Sequence record: MT657344.1
Reading direction: 5' to 3' (one strand)
DNA: 32,000 nt
DNA from: Microbacterium phage Kauala
Below are positions 26,212-32,000 of this stretch, one piece after another. The position numbers and the translations under genes were made by a program. Position 1 is the first letter of the stretch, and each line of letters starts with the position of its first letter. Below the pieces are notes generated by a model that had not been told where the DNA came from, did not search any database, and was given only the letters and a program-made list of their open reading frames with translations.

Positions 26212-26514
26212 TCAGTTGTTCTCACCGAACGTGGTGACGGCCAAGTGCAGCCCGGTCATGGTCTGCTGGTAGGCCACCTGGATGATCTGCAGGTCGGCTA
26301 GGTGCTTGGCCACAAGGTCACCGAGTTGGATGGTCTTGCACGGCCACTCCCCGCACCCCTTGGAACAGGTGTGGATGTGGTCGGGGCAGTCGTCGTCACA
26401 CGGGCTGGTGATGCCGTGCTTGTGGCCAGGGTTGACGCACATGGAGATGACGTCGTGCTGGACAGCCAGGGACAGGATCCGCTGGGCCTCTTCGATGAGT
26501 TCTTCTTCAGCCAT
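26212..26514 (-). CDS. hypothetical Cys/His-rich protein
   Basis: 100 aa from ATG 26514 (MAEEELIEEAQRILSLAVQHDVISMCVNPGHKHGITSPCDDDCPDHIHTCSKGCGEWPC...). Confidence 0.7.
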   Translation of the reverse strand: MAEEELIEEAQRILSLAVQHDVISMCVNPGHKHGITSPCDDDCPDHIHTCSKGCGEWPCKTIQLGDLVAKHLADLQIIQVAYQQTMTGLHLAVTTFGENN

Positions 26515-26533
26515 GATATTCTCTCTGTGAGTT

Positions 26534-26566
26534 GGGGGTGCCTGCTGGGGAAGTGCAGGCACCCCC
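26534..26566 (-). terminator. perfect 12-bp intergenic hairpin
   Basis: GGGGGTGCCTGC (26534-26545) / GCAGGCACCCCC (26555-26566), 9-nt loop, between minus-strand genes. Confidence 0.65.
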
Positions 26567-26573
26567 TGTCCGC

Positions 26574-26888
26574 TTACTTGCGGTGGAAGAAGCCCCAGCC
26601 CCAGCGGGCACCAGACTGGAACGCCTTGACCATCTCGTCACCGAAGACGATCTCGTCCTTGAACATGTCGGTCGCGACCGCCTTGGCCTCTGCGGAGTAG
26701 ACCTCCAGCTTGGGCGGGGTGCGCTTGCCCGTGACACCGGGGCGGAACCACTTGCGGATCCCGCGTGCGAAGCCCACCAGGACCGCGAAGATGATGATGA
26801 GTGCGCCCAGCAGCGCCAGGACCCAGAAGGCCCAGAGCAGCATGATGAAGAGCCACTCCCAGGGGTTGCCTGCTTCCATGGGGTTCAT
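26574..26888 (-). CDS. membrane protein
   Basis: 104 aa from ATG 26888 (MNPMEAGNPWEWLFIMLLWAFWVLALLGALIIIFAVLVGFARGI...). Confidence 0.75.
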   Translation of the reverse strand: MNPMEAGNPWEWLFIMLLWAFWVLALLGALIIIFAVLVGFARGIRKWFRPGVTGKRTPPKLEVYSAEAKAVATDMFKDEIVFGDEMVKAFQSGARWGWGFFHRK

Positions 26889-27703
26889 CACAGCTCCTCC
26901 ATCCCGGGCAGAGTAGGCTCGGTGCTCTCGCCCGTGCCGACCGGCTCGTTGGCGTGGGGGTCGGCCTGCGCTGCACGCTTGGCCCACACCTTGCGCATCT
27001 CGGCCTCCTGGGCGTCGTAGATGCGGTCGGCCCACTTGTCCAGGAGCTCGAAGTGCCGGGGGTAGACGTGCAGGTTGGCCACCTGAAAGGTGATGTGCCC
27101 ACGGGTGACCTCGGGGTAGGTGAGGCTGAGCGCCCCGAGAAGCTGCTCCATGACATCGTCCCACATGGACCAGTCGGCCCGGTAGCCCCAGACCGCATCC
27201 ATGGAACGCATCTGCGCGATGATGTGCAGCTTGTCCTCGTGGTCGATCATGAAGTTGAGCGCGTTCGTGCAGATGAAGTCGTTCCGGCCGTTCTTGGTGG
27301 CCAGGTTGTGGATGTCGCGGTCCGAGATGATGGCGACAGCGTGGCGCGTGCCCTTGCCCTCCATCATGAACGTGTCCACGACCCGGTTAAAGAGGGACGG
27401 CTGCGGGGGCAGCTCCTCGCCCTTTCCGAACAGGATGTGGCCGTAGGCGCTGTTCACCGCGCCGTCCCAGCCAGCGCACGCCTGGAACGCCTGCGGAACA
27501 GGACCCTCCATGTCGGCCAGAAGGTTGGACCCCGTGTTGAACCAGGCGATCTCGCGGCGGACCCAGTCCTCGTTCCGCTCGCCGATCATGCTGGGCTTGT
27601 TGGCGATCCAACTTGCGTTGTAGAGCACCTTGTTCCCGGTGCGAGGGTCGATCGGCGCATCCTTGAGGGCCAAGGCGACGTCGTCGGAGTCATAGTGCAT
27701 CAT
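26888..27703 (-). CDS. thymidylate synthase / pyrimidine hydroxymethylase superfamily protein
   Basis: 271 aa; WDGAVNSAYGHILFG, DFICTNALNFMIDHEDKLHIIAQMRSMDAVWGYRADW, HITFQVANLHVYPRHFELL, TS superfamily motifs. Confidence 0.82.
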   Translation of the reverse strand: MMHYDSDDVALALKDAPIDPRTGNKVLYNASWIANKPSMIGERNEDWVRREIAWFNTGSNLLADMEGPVPQAFQACAGWDGAVNSAYGHILFGKGEELPPQPSLFNRVVDTFMMEGKGTRHAVAIISDRDIHNLATKNGRNDFICTNALNFMIDHEDKLHIIAQMRSMDAVWGYRADWSMWDDVMEQLLGALSLTYPEVTRGHITFQVANLHVYPRHFELLDKWADRIYDAQEAEMRKVWAKRAAQADPHANEPVGTGESTEPTLPGMEEL

Positions 27704-27747
27704 TGTGTTCTCCTTGCTATGGGGCTGCGGCTGGTGCCGCTATGGGT

Positions 27748-27776
27748 AGCCTAGCGGGTCTGGACCCGGTAGGCAA
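27748..27776 (-). promoter_or_regulatory. putative promoter TTGCCT-N17-TAGGCT with palindromic spacer
   Basis: -35 complement 27771-27776; -10 complement 27748-27753; spacer contains CGGGTCTGGACCCG (27755-27768). Confidence 0.5.
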
Positions 27777-27805
27777 GGGGCGGGCCACACGATGCAGCCC
27801 GCCCC
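27777..27805 (-). terminator. hairpin downstream of the 81-aa gene, upstream of the TS-like gene promoter
   Basis: GGGGCGGGC (27777-27785) / GCCCGCCCC (27797-27805), perfect 9 bp, 11-nt loop. Confidence 0.65.
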
Positions 27806-27811
27806 CAAGTT

Positions 27812-28057
27812 TCAGAAGTCTTCCTGGTCGGGGTTTGAGTCGCTGATGACAACCTCGCCCCCGTAGTATGACTGCAGCGAGCCGAAGCCCGCTCCGTAGC
27901 GCTGGCCGTTGGCGACGACCACCTTGGCGTCCTCACCGAACTGCTCGATGGCGTCCTGCACGGCTTCCAGGAGGCTGGCCAGCGTAACGTCAGTGTTGAT
28001 CTGGTCCGGAGCGTATCCCTGGTTGTCGTTGACACCGAGGAGAACCGTGTTAGCCAT
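27812..28057 (-). CDS. hypothetical protein
   Basis: 81 aa MANTVLLGVNDNQGYAPDQINTDVTLASLLEAVQDAIEQFGEDAKVVVANGQRYG...; SD AAAGG upstream. Confidence 0.75.
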   Translation of the reverse strand: MANTVLLGVNDNQGYAPDQINTDVTLASLLEAVQDAIEQFGEDAKVVVANGQRYGAGFGSLQSYYGGEVVISDSNPDQEDF

Positions 28058-28096
28058 GATGTGGAACCTTTCGTGTGGGGCTTACCTGATAGAATC

Positions 28097-28126
28097 AGCT
28101 TAGCACGCGATTGATCAACTGTCCAA
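28097..28126 (-). promoter_or_regulatory. putative promoter TTGGAC-N18-TAAGCT
   Basis: -35 complement 28121-28126, -10 complement 28097-28102; upstream of the 81-aa gene; spacer contains TTGATCAA. Confidence 0.55.
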
Positions 28127-28288
28127 GACAGTGATGCAGGGCACGCACCCATCGGTCCGTCGGGCGTCAACGAAGCCCTCCCGAGGCTCGGGGTTCGCCC
28201 TGAACGTGTTCGGGATGAACTGCTGGGGCTGCTTCCCGAAGATAGCTCCGTACAGCCAGGCGTCCATGAAGTCGTCGTAGAAGCTCAT
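28115..28288 (-). CDS. 57-aa hypothetical protein
   Basis: MSFYDDFMDAWLYGAIFGKQPQQFIPNTFRANPEPREGFVDARRTDGCVPCITVLDS*; start overlaps the upstream DUF2786 gene stop (28285). Confidence 0.65.
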   Translation of the reverse strand: MSFYDDFMDAWLYGAIFGKQPQQFIPNTFRANPEPREGFVDARRTDGCVPCITVLDS

Positions 28289-29013
28289 GCCGTGATCCCC
28301 CGACCCTGGGTCACACCGCGCTCGCCCGTGTTCGCCTGCTGGCCAGCAGCGAAGCCCTCCGACGCTGCGAAGCTGCTGCCCTTCCGGTTGGAGCGTCGGG
28401 CCTTGCCCTTGGCCATGCCGTCGAAGAACTCCTGCACCTTGGCATCCCGGCCGACAAGCACCAGCTCGGTCCCGGTGCCCGCCTCAGCGATGACCTGCTG
28501 GCGGCTGTCGGCGATGCGCTTGCCTGCCCCGTTGCCGAAGCCCATGACGAAGCTACGGCGAACCGACTTCTGGTCGTAGCTGGCGTATCCGGCGTAGTTC
28601 CTGGACACCCCCGACCAGAACGCACGCACCGCGACAGCCGACTGCACCTGGAGGCTCAGGATGAGCGTCTCGGCCTGCTGCACGTCGCTCTCGTAGCCGA
28701 TGATGTAGAGCGACACGCTGCGGTCAGGGTTGCGTGCCTGCAGGACGCGGAGGCTGCCCAGCCCACGGCAGACAGCCGCGCCCAGGTTGATCATCTCCCG
28801 ACGGTAGGTTCCCGTGAAGGTCATCTTCCGCTGCACGATGTCCTCGGTGGCCTGGCCAGCCTTGGCGCGCTTGGCGTCGATGCGGGCCTGGTCGATGCCG
28901 TACTTGATCATCAGCCGCTCAGCGTGCTCGGTGAGGGCTTCCGCCTCCTCCGGCGTGGTGCTCTCGGCCTTGGCGAGGAGCTGGGCGATGAGTTCGAGCT
29001 TCTTGTCGGACAT
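28285..29013 (-). CDS. DUF2786-like protein
   Basis: 242 aa; MSDKKLELIAQLLAKAESTTPEEAEALTEHAERLMIKYGIDQARID matches the DUF2786 N-terminal signature. Confidence 0.82.
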   Translation of the reverse strand: MSDKKLELIAQLLAKAESTTPEEAEALTEHAERLMIKYGIDQARIDAKRAKAGQATEDIVQRKMTFTGTYRREMINLGAAVCRGLGSLRVLQARNPDRSVSLYIIGYESDVQQAETLILSLQVQSAVAVRAFWSGVSRNYAGYASYDQKSVRRSFVMGFGNGAGKRIADSRQQVIAEAGTGTELVLVGRDAKVQEFFDGMAKGKARRSNRKGSSFAASEGFAAGQQANTGERGVTQGRGITA

Positions 29014-29037
29014 GGTGTGGAACCTTTCTGGCGGGGC

Positions 29038-29196
29038 TTACTTGGCGGAGATGTCAACGAACCAGCGACCACGGGCCACTCGCTCGATGTGGATGTGGAT
29101 GGGGCCTCCCTGGGCCTTGGCGAAGCGCACCGCGTCCCGCTCGTTGCTGAACTCGTAGGTCTGGGCGAGGGGCTTGAGGGGCTGCGCGTTGTTCAT
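29038..29196 (-). CDS. small hypothetical protein
   Basis: 52 aa from ATG 29196 (MNNAQPLKPLAQTYEFSNERDAVRFAKAQGGPIHIHIERVARGRWFVDISAK). Confidence 0.65.
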   Translation of the reverse strand: MNNAQPLKPLAQTYEFSNERDAVRFAKAQGGPIHIHIERVARGRWFVDISAK

Positions 29197-29202
29197 GTGA
29201 CT

Positions 29203-29231
29203 AACGTAGCACCGATTGATGATCAGTCCAA
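29203..29231 (-). promoter_or_regulatory. putative promoter TTGGAC-N17-TACGTT
   Basis: -35 complement 29226-29231, -10 complement 29203-29208; near-identical context to the promoter at 28097-28126. Confidence 0.55.
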
Positions 29232-30098
29232 GACAAACTGAGAAGGGATCTCTACTCGGTACTTGCCCCGGCGCTGGTAGGGCTTCTTGCCCACCTTGCC
29301 CGCCAGCCGATACCGAGCGTACTTGCTGAACTCGCAGAACACGTTCTGGATGTCCATCCACGACGCGGGCCTGCCGTTGCTGCGGGGCAGCGGGGGCAGC
29401 TTGTCGACAGGGAACGTGCTGATCATCTGCAAGGCTTCGGCAGGGCTGGCGCTCTTCTTGCCCAGCAGGAACCCGACGCCCTTGCGGCTGCCCGGTCCCG
29501 CCAGAACGAAGTCGTTTTCCTGGTCAGGCTCACCCGTGCAGTACCCCAGGTCGGTCGCGATCTGCATGGCCAGAAACGGGCCAAGACCAGGCGTTTCCTG
29601 CAGCTCCTTGACTCGTGTGGCCAGCTTGCTGAGGCTTGCTGCACGCTCCAAGCTGGGACCGGCTGCGGGGAACATCTCACGCATCTTGTCCACCGTGCCC
29701 CGGCTGTCGCCAGGCTTGATCAGGATGATGTAAGCCCCGTTCAGGAAGGCACCAGGCCGCGCCTCAACCACGGGGCGCACGACGTCGTCGTACCAGTCCG
29801 GGTCGGTGATCTCTGCGAAGCCTGGGACGTACCCTTCGTTCGCTGCGATGATGTCGTCCATGCTGTCGGGCCTGTTCACCTGCCGGTAGAAGTAGCTCAG
29901 GGCCACACGATCCAGGGTCTCCGTCGGCCCGTAGGCGTTCATCAGCCTGAGAAGGTACTGGCTGCCCCGGTCAAGCACGCGGAACACGTTCGTGAACTTC
30001 TGCGTCTGCACGATCGGGTCGGTGACCTCCCTGCCCAAGTAGGCGCGGTGCCGCTGCCGGGCGAAGCGGATAACGTCGTTGATGGTGAAGTCAGGCAC
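29223..30098 (-). CDS. 5-hmdU DNA kinase helical domain / alpha-glutamyl-putrescinyl-thymine pyrophosphorylase-like protein
   Basis: 291 aa; FARQRHRAYLGREVTDPIVQTQKFTNVFRVLDRGSQYLLRLM and LQETPGLGPFLAMQIATDLGY resemble the conserved helical/HhH-like core of this family; adjacent to a P-loop kinase. Confidence 0.65.
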   Translation of the reverse strand: MPDFTINDVIRFARQRHRAYLGREVTDPIVQTQKFTNVFRVLDRGSQYLLRLMNAYGPTETLDRVALSYFYRQVNRPDSMDDIIAANEGYVPGFAEITDPDWYDDVVRPVVEARPGAFLNGAYIILIKPGDSRGTVDKMREMFPAAGPSLERAASLSKLATRVKELQETPGLGPFLAMQIATDLGYCTGEPDQENDFVLAGPGSRKGVGFLLGKKSASPAEALQMISTFPVDKLPPLPRSNGRPASWMDIQNVFCEFSKYARYRLAGKVGKKPYQRRGKYRVEIPSQFVLD

Positions 30099-30696
30099 GG
30101 TACAGCAGCTCCTCTACGATGTCGACCAGGTCTTCCGTCTGGCCGGGGATGTCATTCGTAACCTCCAGGGTCTCAACCCCGTGGTCAATGGCCCAGTTGA
30201 CGATCTTGTCGGTCTGGGTGATCTTGCCCTTGCGCCAGGCGTCCTTCTGGTAGTCGCTGCCGATGCTGTCGGCGCGGGCCTTGGCACGGGCCTCGCTGTC
30301 AGCCGTGGTGACCACCAGCAGGGTCAGGTCGGTGTGCTCGCTGGCCACACTCATGAACTTGTCGTGCGCCAGCAGCGACCCCTCCAGCAGGATCCACCTG
30401 TCCTGGCGCATGTGGGGCATCGGCGCACCGGCAGCCAGCCAGTCGCGGGCCATTGCCTGAGTGTCGCGCTGCATCCCGTCCACGCCAGGGAACGCCGTCC
30501 CGACCCGGCCAAGGGTCACGCCGTCGCTGCCCAGCAGCACTCCGCGAAGGTGCCGCTCCCGCTCGACGCCGCGCACGGTCGCCAGCTCGGTCCGCAGGAT
30601 CACTTCCTTGTGAGGCTTGTGCCGGTCCGTCACTCCAGTGAACAGGGTGCTCTTCCCGCTGCCGGGGTAACCGACGATGTAAACCAGGCGAGTCAT
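30091..30696 (-). CDS. P-loop nucleotide/nucleic acid kinase (candidate 5-hydroxymethylpyrimidine DNA kinase)
   Basis: 201 aa; MTRLVYIVGYPGSGKSTLF (Walker A), DRWILLEGSLLAHDK, TLLVVTTADSEARAKAR; overlaps the helical-domain gene by 8 nt. Confidence 0.7.
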   Translation of the reverse strand: MTRLVYIVGYPGSGKSTLFTGVTDRHKPHKEVILRTELATVRGVERERHLRGVLLGSDGVTLGRVGTAFPGVDGMQRDTQAMARDWLAAGAPMPHMRQDRWILLEGSLLAHDKFMSVASEHTDLTLLVVTTADSEARAKARADSIGSDYQKDAWRKGKITQTDKIVNWAIDHGVETLEVTNDIPGQTEDLVDIVEELLYRA

Positions 30697-31037
30697 TTCT
30701 TCCCACCGACCTTGCGCCGCGTCGGCTTCTTCCCGTCCGCGTTGACCGCCTTCTCCAGCAGGGTGATCACCTTGTCGAAGTCGTCCGCCTCGAGCGCCTT
30801 CTCCGCCTTCTCCAGTGCAGGCAGCGCGACCTCGCAGATGCGGATCTGCACGTCCGTGCTCTCGTTCTTCCCAGCGTACTTCAACTGACGCTTGTGCTGG
30901 TAGTACTCCGCAACGCGCATGGACTCAAGCGCCTCCCGGATCATGTCGTAGCTGGCCTGCTGCATCTCGCCGATCATGCTGCACTCCTTCAACAGCTCGA
31001 TGATCACCCGTGCAGTCACGCGCCTGTCGCTGTTCAT
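30693..31037 (-). CDS. hypothetical protein
   Basis: 114 aa MNSDRRVTARVIIELLKECSMIGEMQQASYDMIREALESMRVAEYYQHKRQ...; overlaps the kinase start; first gene of the leftward unit. Confidence 0.75.
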   Translation of the reverse strand: MNSDRRVTARVIIELLKECSMIGEMQQASYDMIREALESMRVAEYYQHKRQLKYAGKNESTDVQIRICEVALPALEKAEKALEADDFDKVITLLEKAVNADGKKPTRRKVGGKK

Positions 31038-31091
31038 ATGTGGCCTCCTTGGGGCTGTCTGGTGCTGCTCAGCTTAGCACGCCTGCCCCTA

Positions 31092-31119
31092 ACTATATAT
31101 AGCGCGCGCTATCTGTAAA
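31092..31119 (-). promoter_or_regulatory. leftward promoter TTTACA-N16-TATAGT with palindromic operator-like spacer
   Basis: -35 complement 31114-31119, -10 complement 31092-31097; ATAGCGCGCGCTAT (31099-31112) lies between them; in the divergent region. Confidence 0.65.
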
Positions 31120-31342
31120 CTGGAAACACCCCATAACCCCCGTGCTCGTCAGAGCTGAGGGGGTGGTTTATAGAAGCGTTGGCCCAGACGCTGCGCCCAA
31201 TGACCCGAACCTGATCCATAGCTGCTCACAGCACTGGGCGCTCGGTTCGCGCCGGAGGCGCTCTCGCGCCCAGCGACGCAGTCTTCTATCGGTTCTCAAC
31301 CTGGTCTTGCGCTTGCGCTGGGGTGTGGGGTAGCGTGGGGGC

Positions 31343-31582
31343 ATGGAGAACACCAGGCTGAAGCTCAGCGGCACCACTTGGTCCGACCTGCTGGGCATTG
31401 TCACCCCCACTGTCATCACAGTTCCAAGCGGCGAGCAGTTCCGCTGGGATGAGAGTGTCGGGTCGTACTGTTCCGACGTCACTGGCGCGGCGCTGTACAT
31501 CGAGCCTTCGGACAACGAGGGCAACATCACCCCGGACTCGTACTACGAGCTTCCTGAACCCCAAGGAGATATCAATGGCTGA
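31343..31582 (+). CDS. hypothetical protein
   Basis: 79 aa MENTRLKLSGTTWSDLLGIVTPTVITVPSGEQFRWDESVGSYCSDVTGAALYIEPSDNEG...; first gene of the rightward unit. Confidence 0.7.
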   Translation: MENTRLKLSGTTWSDLLGIVTPTVITVPSGEQFRWDESVGSYCSDVTGAALYIEPSDNEGNITPDSYYELPEPQGDING

Positions 31583-32000
31583 CAAGAACGATGAGACCAG
31601 GGTGCTGCCCGTTGTCAATCGGCAGGACGGCGTCGTTCCTGTCGCTAGGCTCAGGGTGTCGGGGTCGTGGCGCGTGGTCTCGCAGGACTTCGCGGAGCTG
31701 TCGCTGCGGCTGAAGTTCGGTGAGCGCTGGCTGCGGCTGACCCACGAGGACCGTCCGCTACTTGTGGCCCGTCGCTTCTCAGGTGAGGGCAAGCGCGAGG
31801 TTCCGGAGCTGTCAGTTGTCTCGGCGCTGCGTCGTGTGCTGGGCGCTGGGGGTGCTCATGTGTTCACGCTGGACGGCAGCGAGGCACGCGTCGGGGATGG
31901 CGTCACCGAGTGGCGTTACTGGGCTTGGCTCGGTGGTCGGCTGACCGTGGCCCTGGAGACCCAGGCCGACGGCACGGTGCAGGTTATCGGGCTGGCGTAG
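31575..32000 (+). CDS. hypothetical protein
   Basis: 141 aa from ATG 31575 (MADKNDETRVLPVVNRQDGVVPVARLRVSG...), AAGGAG SD, stop at the window end; overlaps the previous gene by 8 nt. Confidence 0.7.
   Translation: MADKNDETRVLPVVNRQDGVVPVARLRVSGSWRVVSQDFAELSLRLKFGERWLRLTHEDRPLLVARRFSGEGKREVPELSVVSALRRVLGAGGAHVFTLDGSEARVGDGVTEWRYWAWLGGRLTVALETQADGTVQVIGLA

Noticed and set aside
26889-27164. N-terminal extension of the 104-aa membrane protein
   Set aside because: Arg/Pro/His-rich shadow translation across the TS-like gene; ATG 26888 fits the operon overlap.
31142-31333. 63-aa plus-strand ORF in the divergent gap
   Set aside because: No SD, Arg-rich C-terminus, overlaps inverted repeats; more consistent with non-coding control sequence.
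1-32000. CRISPR array, transposase, integrase, rRNA or retroelement
   Set aside because: No regularly spaced repeats, no recombinase/transposase/RT motifs and no rRNA sequence were seen in any frame.

Overview
The window is about 32 kb of a high-GC actinobacteriophage-like genome with siphovirus architecture. There are three blocks. (1) 1-13009, + strand: late genes. These are a head-tail connector-like protein, tail terminator candidate, major tail protein candidate, tail assembly chaperone pair with a probable -1 frameshift at GGGGGAT, tape measure, distal-tail/minor tail proteins including a GH18-like tail protein, an endolysin (amidase + LysM + two Cpl-7-like repeats), a DUF2746-like protein and a holin candidate. 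(2) 13067-31037, - strand: replication, recombination and nucleotide metabolism. These are RepB-like primase/RepA-like ATPase, VRR-NUC nuclease, ssDNA-binding-like acidic-tailed protein, Sak4-like ATPase, Cas4/RecB-like nuclease, family A DNA polymerase, H1-tail protein, SNF2/DEAD helicase, MazG-like pyrophosphohydrolase, dNMP kinase-like protein, thymidylate synthase/hydroxymethylase-like protein, a protein resembling the 5-hmdU DNA kinase helical/aGPT-pyrophosphorylase family, and an adjacent P-loop kinase. (3) 31343-32000, + strand: two small genes of unknown function. The most interesting hypothesis is a pyrimidine hypermodification pathway spread over 23.8-30.7 kb. Other points worth checking are a tRNA-like element with an aberrant anticodon arm at 21200-21278, a family of similar minus-strand promoters with palindromic spacers, and three small ORFs absent from the supplied ORF track. 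All family assignments come from reading motifs; no database search was run.
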